IMG/VR virus record: IMGVR_UViG_3300033153_006571
Coordinates: 1-50,718 of that record
Source of the DNA: a virus
Lineage: Duplodnaviria; Caudoviricetes
Reading direction: 5' to 3' (one strand)
Length of the DNA: 50,718 nucleotides
A program made the translations under genes and the position numbers. Below are positions 18,641 through 26,386 of this stretch, in pieces. How positions within the stretch are numbered: position 1 is the stretch's first letter; each line of letters begins with the position of its first letter. The notes under the pieces were generated by a model, which saw only the letters and a program-made list of their open reading frames with translations, was not told where the DNA came from and made no database searches.

Positions 18641-19366
18641 ATGCAAGGCTGGGTAAAGTTGCACAGACAGATAATAGAAAATCCTATATTTAGAAAACCC
18701 CATATGCTACAGCTTTTTGTTTATTGTGTTTTAAAAGCTAACCATGAACAAGGAAAAGCATTTTGGGGAAAGGATGAAATCACTGTTGAGAGAGGGCAGT
18801 TTGTTGCCGGTAGATTTGAAATTGCACTGGCTTTAAACCAAAATCCAAACACGACATATGCGAGATTAAAACGTCTTGAAAGTGGCGGATTTCTCAACAT
18901 CAAAAGCAACAACAAATATTCTCTTATAAATGTTGTAAATTATGAATTGTACCAATCTGATGAACAAAAAAGTAACAGCAAAATGAATAAGAAAATAACA
19001 ACAAATGAACAACAAAATAACACAAACAAGAATGTAAGAATGAAAGAATGTAAGAAAAAAGATAGTAGGGGGAAAAAATTCATTCCCCCCTCTCTTGAAG
19101 AAGTTAAATCTTATTGCAAGGAACGAGGAAACAAGGTTGATCCTGCAAAGTGGCATGATTTTTACACAGCAAAAAACTGGATGATAGGCAAAAACAAAAT
19201 GAAAGACTGGAAAGCTGCGGTAAGGACATGGGAGAAAAGAGGGAACGACAACAGCAAAATTCCGCAGGCCGGCAATTTTGAGCAGAGGAACTATGACGAC
19301 GATTTTTTTGACAATCTCTACAAGAGGAAGGGAGCGAAGTCAAATGAAGAAAAAAAAGGACATTGA
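18641..19366 (+). CDS. Phage replication initiator; probable internal origin
   Basis: GWVKLHR N-terminus, PPSLEEV...KMKDWKAAVRTWE C-terminus; A/C-rich AACAACAAA-like repeats at about 18900-19030. Confidence 0.75.
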   Translation: MQGWVKLHRQIIENPIFRKPHMLQLFVYCVLKANHEQGKAFWGKDEITVERGQFVAGRFEIALALNQNPNTTYARLKRLESGGFLNIKSNNKYSLINVVNYELYQSDEQKSNSKMNKKITTNEQQNNTNKNVRMKECKKKDSRGKKFIPPSLEEVKSYCKERGNKVDPAKWHDFYTAKNWMIGKNKMKDWKAAVRTWEKRGNDNSKIPQAGNFEQRNYDDDFFDNLYKRKGAKSNEEKKGH

Positions 19367-19481
19367 TGGGAACTTGTTTTTATTCGGTCACATATTGTTT
19401 TTGATATTTGTAATCATAGCTGAGTACTGGATGAGAGGGAAGCGGAGTTTAGTGAGAGTTTGAAGGGAGGCGGCGAATAAG

Positions 19482-20201
19482 GTGGTACATGTAGTAAGTT
19501 TTTCAGGAGGGAAGGATTCAACAGCTATGTTGCTGATGATGATAGAAAAAGGTATGCGAGTTGATGAAATAGTGTTCTGTGATACAGGGATGGAATTCCC
19601 TGACATGTACACTCATATTGACAAAGTAGAAAAGCATATTGGCAGGGAAGCAACGAGGCTGAAATCAGACAAAACATTTGAGTATTACATGTTTGAGCAC
19701 AAGAAGAAGAATGGACAGCAAGGGTACGCATGGCCAGATTTTCGCAACAGGTGGTGTACACAGATATTCAAAAAACAGCAGATAAGCAAGCATTTGAAAC
19801 AATTTGATGATGTGATTGAGTATCACGGTATAGCAGCAGACGAACTACGTAGAGCAGAAAAGAACAATGAAAAGAAGGTCATGTACCCGCTTATAGAATG
19901 GGGAATAGTAGAAAGCCAGGCATTAAAGTATTGCTATGACAAAGGGTTTGACTGGAACGGCTTATACGAAAGATTTGACAGGGTGAGTTGTTGGTGTTGC
20001 CCGTTGAAGAATTTGAAAGAACTGAAAAGCCTATACAGGTATTACCCTGAATTATGGAAAAAAAAAAAAAAAATGGATGAAAAAAGCAGGAATAGATTCA
20101 GGCTAGATTACAAATTCGAACAACTTGAAAAAAGATTTGAGAGTGAAATATGGTGGGCCGGACACCAAATAAGCATTTGGGAGGCACGAACTAATGCCTA
20201 A
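19482..20201 (+). CDS. PAPS reductase family protein
   Basis: SFSGGKDSTA, DTGMEFP, RWCT and RVSCWCCP motifs. Confidence 0.85.
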   Translation: MVHVVSFSGGKDSTAMLLMMIEKGMRVDEIVFCDTGMEFPDMYTHIDKVEKHIGREATRLKSDKTFEYYMFEHKKKNGQQGYAWPDFRNRWCTQIFKKQQISKHLKQFDDVIEYHGIAADELRRAEKNNEKKVMYPLIEWGIVESQALKYCYDKGFDWNGLYERFDRVSCWCCPLKNLKELKSLYRYYPELWKKKKKMDEKSRNRFRLDYKFEQLEKRFESEIWWAGHQISIWEARTNA

Positions 20202-20679
20202 GAACGAAGGAAAGAAGTTCGAGGACGACTGGAAAAATTCAGTACCGGAATGGGTTTACTACTACAGATTTAGGGATGGGACAGCTAACTTTGCAGGAGA
20301 AAAGAATGAGAACGTGAGATTCCAGGCAAGGAATATGTGCGACTGTATGCTATTTTATGACGGCAAACTGTTTCTGTTAGAACTTAAGAGCTATAGGGGC
20401 AAAAGTATTCCATTTTCAGCTATAACAGGCGGGAAAAAGCTTGAGGAAATGTCGAAGGCAGGAACGTACAGACGGATAATTTCAGGGTACGTATTTAATT
20501 TTCGGGATATAGTGAAGACGTTTTTCGTCAAGGCCAACGACGTTGAGCATTATATCTATCACGCAGACAGAAAGAGTATACCTATTGACTGGACCGAGTC
20601 AAAGGGTGTTGAAATTGAAAGCAGAAAACTAATTTCGAGATACAGGTATGACATCAAAAAGTTTTTGGAGGGGATATAA
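20194..20679 (+). CDS. recU: RecU-like Holliday junction resolvase
   Basis: NEGKKFE, CDC...LLELKS and RKSIP motifs. Confidence 0.75.
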   Translation: MPKNEGKKFEDDWKNSVPEWVYYYRFRDGTANFAGEKNENVRFQARNMCDCMLFYDGKLFLLELKSYRGKSIPFSAITGGKKLEEMSKAGTYRRIISGYVFNFRDIVKTFFVKANDVEHYIYHADRKSIPIDWTESKGVEIESRKLISRYRYDIKKFLEGI

Positions 20680-20680
20680 T

Positions 20681-20875
20681 GTGCAGGATTCAAAAAATTT
20701 GCGGTGTTCTTTGTGTTTTCGGCAAGCAGTAAGGTCAATTTATTATGCGGATAAGAAAACGAAAATTAGGGCACTTTTTTGCCCTTCCTGTGGGCAATTA
20801 GAAACAGAACAGGGAATAAGAATTTGGAGAGGGAGAGTGAAGAGAAATGAAAAAAGAGAACGGATATTGGGTTGA
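20681..20875 (+). CDS. Small zinc-ribbon protein
   Basis: CSLC...CPSC; GTG start after a GGAGGG RBS. Confidence 0.55.
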   Translation: MQDSKNLRCSLCFRQAVRSIYYADKKTKIRALFCPSCGQLETEQGIRIWRGRVKRNEKRERILG

Positions 20876-21359
20876 CGGAAATGATAATAGATGGAATATA
20901 AATAAATACACTAAGCACAGAGCAGAAGAATTAAGCAAATCATTAATTAATTGTACTAACTGCAGTGATTGCAGTGATTGCAGGGGATGCAGGGGTTGCA
21001 TTGGTTGCATTGATTGCATTGGTTGCAATGATTGCAGGGGTTGCAGTGATTGCAGGAGTTGCAGTGATTGTCTTGATTGCAGGAGTTGCAGTGATTGCCT
21101 TGATTGCATTGGTTGCAGGGGATATACTGGATTTTCACATATGGCATACGGAACACAACCAATCGGCCCTCGGTCTGACGTTGCGCATTTTTATTACTAC
21201 AACAAAAAAATATATGCGAAGTGCGGATGCTTTTGGGGAACTATAGATGAATTTGAAGAAAAAGTTAATAGTACACATGGCACAAATCAATATGCCAAAC
21301 AATATTTTGCAGAAATTGAAAAGGTAAGAGAATTATTTAAGGAGAGTGTAGGGGAATGA
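20847..21359 (+). CDS. Cys-rich Cxx-repeat protein
   Basis: 9-bp tandem unit TGCxxxxxx at about 20951-21120; C-terminal CGCFWGTIDEFEEKV. Confidence 0.7.
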   Translation: MKKENGYWVDGNDNRWNINKYTKHRAEELSKSLINCTNCSDCSDCRGCRGCIGCIDCIGCNDCRGCSDCRSCSDCLDCRSCSDCLDCIGCRGYTGFSHMAYGTQPIGPRSDVAHFYYYNKKIYAKCGCFWGTIDEFEEKVNSTHGTNQYAKQYFAEIEKVRELFKESVGE

Positions 21360-21544
21360 AGCGTAAAGTAGCCAAAGGGTATGACGTAAAACGTAAAAGG
21401 ATAATAAACATTGAAAAAATGAAAGGGGATGCTATAGTGATATATAGCTTGCCTGAAAAGCCTGGAATATGGTTCTACCCACTCATAGTAGACGGGAAAA
21501 ATGTTGAGCCATATGAACTACTAGAAACAGACGCAATTGACTAA
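21356..21544 (+). CDS. Hypothetical protein
   Basis: 62 aa; start overlaps the previous stop. Confidence 0.5.
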   Translation: MKRKVAKGYDVKRKRIINIEKMKGDAIVIYSLPEKPGIWFYPLIVDGKNVEPYELLETDAID

Positions 21545-21572
21545 TGTTTTATCGAAAGGGAGAGTGAATAGG

Positions 21573-22022
21573 ATGGACTATAAGAAAGAAGCGGAGATGT
21601 ACTTGAAAAATTACAACCTGCTGAAAAAAGCAGTCGAAAACCTGGACTATGAAATTAATGCAATTGTCGCCGCCTCAGCCCCAAACGAAATAAAACCTGC
21701 GAGTATAAGCGAAACAGGCATAAAGGGTAGCAGGATAGAGGACGATACACTTAACAAGCTTTACAGGCTTACGGAGCTCAAGAGGAAAAAAGCAAAAACA
21801 GAGGATAAAATAAGGCATATTGACTATAATCTTAAGATAATCAGTCTTGATGAAGGCTGCGAAAATTACGGAGAACTGCTAATACGGTTTTATCTGAGAA
21901 AAGATAAGATAGTCGATATATCAGAGGACATGCATATATCAGTACCAAGAGTGTACCAAGTCCGAGACATGGCATTACAGAAATTTGCAGTAGCGCTGTT
22001 CGGGCTGGACGCACTTGTGTAA
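21573..22022 (+). CDS. ArpU/RinA-like late transcriptional activator
   Basis: YLKNY N-terminus, coiled coil, C-terminal HTH ending ALQKFAVALFG; near the end of the early operon. Confidence 0.7.
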   Translation: MDYKKEAEMYLKNYNLLKKAVENLDYEINAIVAASAPNEIKPASISETGIKGSRIEDDTLNKLYRLTELKRKKAKTEDKIRHIDYNLKIISLDEGCENYGELLIRFYLRKDKIVDISEDMHISVPRVYQVRDMALQKFAVALFGLDALV

Positions 22023-22081
22023 GCAAAAAGCGGGACTCATGAGTTGTTTGGAAGATGTGTGGATGAGGAGAGTGAAGAGAA

Positions 22082-22267
22082 ATGATTGCTAAAGAATACG
22101 GCAGGTACAATTTAATATGTGATATATGCGGGATGTATGCAGAAGATGGTTTTGATACATTCCAAAATGCAGTTGATTATGGGAAAGAAAATGAATGGGA
22201 AAGAAATTTAATAATAACGGGAACAGAAAAAGTATGGCAAAATATATGTCCTGAATGCAAGGATTAA
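22082..22267 (+). CDS. Small zinc-finger protein
   Basis: CDICG...CPECK. Confidence 0.6.
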   Translation: MIAKEYGRYNLICDICGMYAEDGFDTFQNAVDYGKENEWERNLIITGTEKVWQNICPECKD

Positions 22268-22286
22268 GAACACAGAAAAGCCCTGT

Positions 22287-22583
22287 TTAAAGGGCTTTTT
22301 CTCTTGATACCAGCCTTTGGAAGTATTCCTTATACGACTGGCACCCTGTTACCTTTGACCTTGTGCATACAAGCCTTTTGAAGCTTTCATTGCAGTCAAA
22401 GTTGACCCTGGCGGTTCTGCCGGATTCAAATAAGTCCGGTCCGAGAGTCAGAAGACCTTTAGCTTCCGACTGTGCCAGATGGACCAAGTAGTCTTTGTAT
22501 GAGGAAAACCCGAGAAGCCGGGTTCTTTCGAGCACGGTCTCACGGAATTCCTGCGAGCAGTCTATTATTATTCTCATAATCAA
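22287..22583 (-). CDS. Tandem ribbon-helix-helix-like DNA-binding protein
   Basis: Internal duplication: RIIIDCSQEFRETV...GFSSYKDYLVHL versus RVNFDCNESFKRLV...GCQSYKEYFQRL. Confidence 0.55.
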   Translation of the reverse strand: MIMRIIIDCSQEFRETVLERTRLLGFSSYKDYLVHLAQSEAKGLLTLGPDLFESGRTARVNFDCNESFKRLVCTRSKVTGCQSYKEYFQRLVSREKAL

Positions 22584-22696
22584 GCCTCCTCTAACAAATC
22601 TTTGTTGGATGCCTTAGCTTAAAATCTACATCATCCCAGTATTTCTTATAATATTCTTTGCTAGCGGTAGGTCGCCACCCTATTTTTGGGCCGGAC

Positions 22697-22897
22697 TCAT
22701 AGCTCCGGCGGGCTGTTGTCTGCAACTATAGAAAAATATACACTATACTCAGAGTAATGTTTAGTGAATATTTGCGTGCCGTCCTCATTTGTGAAATACT
22801 CACTCCATCCCTCCGCTTTTGCCTCTCGTACTGTTTTAAAAACAGCCTTAATGTTTAAGTTTCCCCTAGGCGTTTTTAAGGTTTTTATAGTTTCCAT
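22697..22897 (-). CDS. Small hypothetical protein
   Basis: 66 aa; AAGGAGGT RBS; stop codon falls inside a repeat copy. Confidence 0.65.
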   Translation of the reverse strand: METIKTLKTPRGNLNIKAVFKTVREAKAEGWSEYFTNEDGTQIFTKHYSEYSVYFSIVADNSPPEL

Positions 22898-22998
22898 AAC
22901 GACCTCCTTCTTTTTACCTGCCTACTTATATTCGCCGGCAGAGGCGATAATGTTGGGGCGCATTTAAGCCTGCGCCGGGGCTTTATTGCAACATTGGC

Positions 22999-23154
22999 TC
23001 AATATTGCATTTCAAATTTTTCGGGGTCCCAAACAGGGATTCCGCCTTCTTCTTCCTCAATGTCTATCCCCAGAAGCTCAAAGCACTCTTCTAGGTGCAT
23101 GCTTCTATTTGTCATGATTTCTCCTACAACTTCTCCTTCGTATAATAGTTTCAT
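22999..23154 (-). CDS. Small acidic protein (51 aa, not in ORF track)
   Basis: MKLLYEGEVVGEIMTNRSMHLEECFELLGIDIEEEEGGIPVWDPEKFEMQY; AAGGAGGT RBS. Confidence 0.7.
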   Translation of the reverse strand: MKLLYEGEVVGEIMTNRSMHLEECFELLGIDIEEEEGGIPVWDPEKFEMQY

Positions 23155-23252
23155 GATTACCTCCTTTTATTGCACCGTATTTCTATTCCCCCGGTGCGGG
23201 GATAATTTTGGCGCGGGACTCGCAGCTCCCGCGGGCTGGGGGGATTTTAGTG

Positions 23253-23402
23253 CTATTCTTCCACCTCCCCAAATTCCATTACCTCCTGGTAGTCGTCAGA
23301 ATCCATTCCTACCAAATCTGACTCCGTATAGACGTATCCGTCCGGAGTCTTAATCCTATTGGGATTACATCCATATTTTTTCAAAAATTCTAAGCCTGTC
23401 AT
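23253..23402 (-). CDS. Small acidic protein (49 aa, not in ORF track)
   Basis: MTGLEFLKKYGCNPNRIKTPDGYVYTESDLVGMDSDDYQEVMEFGEVEE; GGAGGT RBS. Confidence 0.65.
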   Translation of the reverse strand: MTGLEFLKKYGCNPNRIKTPDGYVYTESDLVGMDSDDYQEVMEFGEVEE

Positions 23403-23516
23403 AATTACCTCCATTAATTCAGCGGTAGGTCGCCACCCTATTTTTGGGCCGGACTCTCAGCTCCGGCGGGCTGTTGTCTTATTATGCTACAAGTGGTTAC
23501 CGCTTGTCAACCGGGG

Positions 23517-24116
23517 CTATAAAAGCCCCTTTTCGGCAAGACTTGTTGACTCCTTAGTGCCAGCGCCAACTATGATATGGTCCATTACCTGTATGCCGAC
23601 AGCTTCAAGGGCTTGTTTAACCCTCCTGGTAGAGCGCACGTCAGCATCAGACGGCCTGGAGATGCCTCCGGGGTGGTTATGCGCCAAAATAACGCTTTTT
23701 GAGTCGTGGTCAAGCGCTGTCTTAACAAGTTCCCGGACGTATACTGGGGCTTCGTTAAGCGTTCCTTCAGCAATTACGACAGTCGCAATTAGCCTGTTTT
23801 GCATGTTCAGCAAGGCCACTTCGTAGCATTCTTTGTCAAACTTGTTATTTAGGCGATTTACAAAATATTCAGCTGCTTTTGAGCTGCTATTCAAAACCGT
23901 TTCCTCCTGCACAAACACAAGCTCATTGAGCTGTGATACAAAGGATTTTAGCACTTCTAATTTCCTAACTTGCATCGGGCTAATTCCTATTGCCTTTGGA
24001 TGCTCCAAAGAAAACTTGATTCCCTTCTCTCTAATTTTTTTGCTGCTTACGCCGATAAGCTCCTCGATTTTATCGGCTAAATCGCTTTTTAATACCTGCT
24101 CGTACTTCATGTCCAA
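23517..24116 (-). CDS. radC: RadC-like JAB/MPN domain protein
   Basis: E...VILAHNHPGG..RPSDAD...VMDHIIVG. Confidence 0.9.
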   Translation of the reverse strand: MDMKYEQVLKSDLADKIEELIGVSSKKIREKGIKFSLEHPKAIGISPMQVRKLEVLKSFVSQLNELVFVQEETVLNSSSKAAEYFVNRLNNKFDKECYEVALLNMQNRLIATVVIAEGTLNEAPVYVRELVKTALDHDSKSVILAHNHPGGISRPSDADVRSTRRVKQALEAVGIQVMDHIIVGAGTKESTSLAEKGLL

Positions 24117-24227
24117 CCCCCCTTGATTTTTGAGGCCGCTACATGTATAATGTATTTACAGCGACCTGTGCTGTGCTTACAGTCCCGGCGTTACTTTGGC
24201 GAGTGCTCCGGGACTATCCTATTCTCT

Positions 24228-24407
24228 TTAATATCCATATCTGCTTACATCTTCGATGTAAGTATTGCAGATATCTGCGATATCCTTCTCTCTACGTTGC
24301 ATCTCTTCGTAGAGAGTGTCGCAATGGGAGTCTTCCCACTGTTCCAGGATGTCGATGTATTCGTCGACTTCCTGTTTTATTTTTTTAATTACATTTATTC
24401 TGTTCAT
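24228..24407 (-). CDS. Small acidic helical protein (59 aa, not in ORF track)
   Basis: MNRINVIKKIKQEVDEYIDILEQWEDSHCDTLYEEMQRREKDIADICNTYIEDVSRYGY; AAGGAG RBS. Confidence 0.65.
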   Translation of the reverse strand: MNRINVIKKIKQEVDEYIDILEQWEDSHCDTLYEEMQRREKDIADICNTYIEDVSRYGY

Positions 24408-24493
24408 AATTTAATCTCCTTTAATTCAGCGATAGGTCGCCACCCTATTTTTGGGCCGGACTCTCAGCTCCGGCGGGCTTGGGGGGACAACGG

Positions 24494-24682
24494 CTAAAAG
24501 TTCCTGTCTTGCCTCCATAAGTAGGAGGCCGGTACCTTAACCTCCCTTACAATATCTGCATGGTGTGTCATGCAGGCGGGACAGTATATCCGTCCCTTGA
24601 TATATCTAACAATAGCGTTGCCTTTGTGGTCAAAGGCAACCTCTCGGCTGATTCCGTACTTTTCCAATTTCAATAATTTCAT
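24494..24682 (-). CDS. Small protein with a CxxC..HH motif
   Basis: 62 aa; GAGGAGGT RBS; first gene after the leftward promoter. Confidence 0.65.
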   Translation of the reverse strand: MKLLKLEKYGISREVAFDHKGNAIVRYIKGRIYCPACMTHHADIVREVKVPASYLWRQDRNF

Positions 24683-24757
24683 AATTACCTCCTCATATCT
24701 CAGCGGTAGGTCGCCACCCTATTTTTTTGTGTCGGCGTCCCCGCCGTCCACACTAAC

Positions 24758-24787
24758 ATTATAGCACGGGTGGCAACCGTATGTCTA
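24758..24787 (-). promoter_or_regulatory. Sigma-A promoter of the reverse-strand cluster
   Basis: TAGACA-18-TATAAT with an extended TGn -10; near-palindrome GGTTGCCACC in the spacer. Confidence 0.7.
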
Positions 24788-25012
24788 TAGGACTATGGTC
24801 CTATTTTTTCTAAATACCACCAAATCCGCTTGGCTGTAAGAAAAATTTGTGATTTAGTGGTGTGAGTCATGGGACCAAAGTCCTATTAAGTCCTATGTCG
24901 ATTATAAAAAGACTATAAGATTTTTTGGGTTATGAGTGGTATATTTGTTATATAGCGATTGCAACAGCAATTGCTATTTTTTTATGATTTCTTTTGGGTG
25001 GGAGGTGAGACT

Positions 25013-25441
25013 GTGGCAAGAGGCAAACGTACATCAGAGGCAACACGGGAGCAGATAAGAGCGCTCAAGGAGACAAATCCAGAGATGTCTAATAGGGATA
25101 TAGCAAAAATTGTAAATTTGCCTCCGTCGACAGTAGATACACTTATGCCTCAGCTCTTGGATGACGATACTTTTCTGCGACTTCGGGCAGCCAAAAAACA
25201 GGAGCACATTATACAAGCTCACAACATAGCATCTCAATATATGCAACACTTGCAAGAGCCGGACGTCATCGGCAAGGCCTCTGCCCGTGACAGTGCAATA
25301 GTCGCAGGTACCATGATTGACAAGGCGCAACTGTTGGCCGGTGAGCCAACTCAGATACAGGAGAGGCAGGACAGTCTGCCGGAGCTACTACACCAGTACG
25401 CAAGGGCATTGGCAAAATACAAGTCTATGGTGACGGGGTAG
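25013..25441 (+). CDS. Probable terminase small subunit (HTH)
   Basis: GTG start after GGAGGTGA; N-terminal HTH; IDKAQLLAGEPT; first late gene before terL. Confidence 0.6.
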   Translation: MARGKRTSEATREQIRALKETNPEMSNRDIAKIVNLPPSTVDTLMPQLLDDDTFLRLRAAKKQEHIIQAHNIASQYMQHLQEPDVIGKASARDSAIVAGTMIDKAQLLAGEPTQIQERQDSLPELLHQYARALAKYKSMVTG

Positions 25442-25843
25442 GGTTTTTTCATCATATTAATGTAGGGTTTTTTCATCATATGATTAGACAAAATCATCAT
25501 TTTGTATAATGTTGAGTCCCCGCGTGTTTAATTTGAGGACTCTCCATATCCCCCCCTGTTATATTTCCTCCCTCTTCCACAGCAGGGGTAGGTAAAAGGA
25601 ATCCATTAAGGAATCTATTATCTGCCAGGAGGTAATTTTATATGAGGCGGGTTCAACAAAAAGAGCTAAGTTTGCCCGAATTAAGAATAAGAGGGGCCAA
25701 ATGGGCAAAAACAAGCTTTAAAAGCTCTTATATCAACAGGTATAGGGATTTTTTATATGTAGTAAATTCTACCACAAAAACCCCTATTTTTGAGTAAATT
25801 TTACCACAAATGAGACTTATACAGACAAAAAAGAGGTGCGGTT

Positions 25844-26386
25844 TTGAGTGAAAAGAGAAAAAAAGATTATGTTGTTTGTTCTGAGACCGGAGAAATTGTA
25901 ACTGAAATAAATTCCGGTGATAGGATTTTAAGAAAAAAAAGCATAGATTCTTACAACGAAACTACCGTATGGAAGATGGAGAACTTTTATAAAGGGCATA
26001 CAGGAGAAATTGCAAAATGGAACATAGACCTCTCGCAAACAGAAAAGGCTTTTTTATTTTCTGTTGCTCCGTATATATCTTATGACGATTGTCATCTGCA
26101 GTTTAAAAACAACAGCCGCGATATTGGGACTGAGGATTTTGTTGAAATAACAAACATGAGTCGCAAAACGGTTTATGCGACTATCAAGAGTCTTATTGCC
26201 AAAGATATTCTGTACAAGGGAAGGAACAGCAAATCAAGGCAATATTTTGTAAATCCGTGGTTATTTGCAAAAGGTAGCAGAGTCAACAAGGTATTAAAGA
26301 CAATGTTTAAGAACTATAAAATCCGTGTGCTAAACGATGTAAAATGGGGGGACATAGATTCATCATGCATACTGAAACCGAAATAA
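25844..26386 (+). CDS. RepL-like winged-helix protein
   Basis: ETGEIV N-terminus, HTH MSRKTVYATIKSL, YFVNPWLF motif. Confidence 0.6.
   Translation: MSEKRKKDYVVCSETGEIVTEINSGDRILRKKSIDSYNETTVWKMENFYKGHTGEIAKWNIDLSQTEKAFLFSVAPYISYDDCHLQFKNNSRDIGTEDFVEITNMSRKTVYATIKSLIAKDILYKGRNSKSRQYFVNPWLFAKGSRVNKVLKTMFKNYKIRVLNDVKWGDIDSSCILKPK

Larger units (their letters stand above)
22663..24727 (-). repeat. Dispersed structured leader repeats at 22663-22715, 23421-23473, 24428-24479 and 24702-24727 (partial); diverged variants at 22918-22983 and 23171-23238
   Basis: AGCGGTAGGTCGCCACCCTATTTTTGGGCCGGACTC..AGCTCCGGCGGGCT recurs, mostly just upstream of minus-strand RBSs. Confidence 0.9.

Noticed and set aside
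22663-24727. Integron attC array or CRISPR
   Set aside because: No tyrosine integrase or attC-like GTT/AAC ends were seen, and the intervening segments are whole genes of variable length.
22994-24764. Plus-strand ORFs across the reverse cluster
   Set aside because: They lack convincing RBSs, whereas the minus-strand ORFs have strong RBSs and one is clearly RadC.
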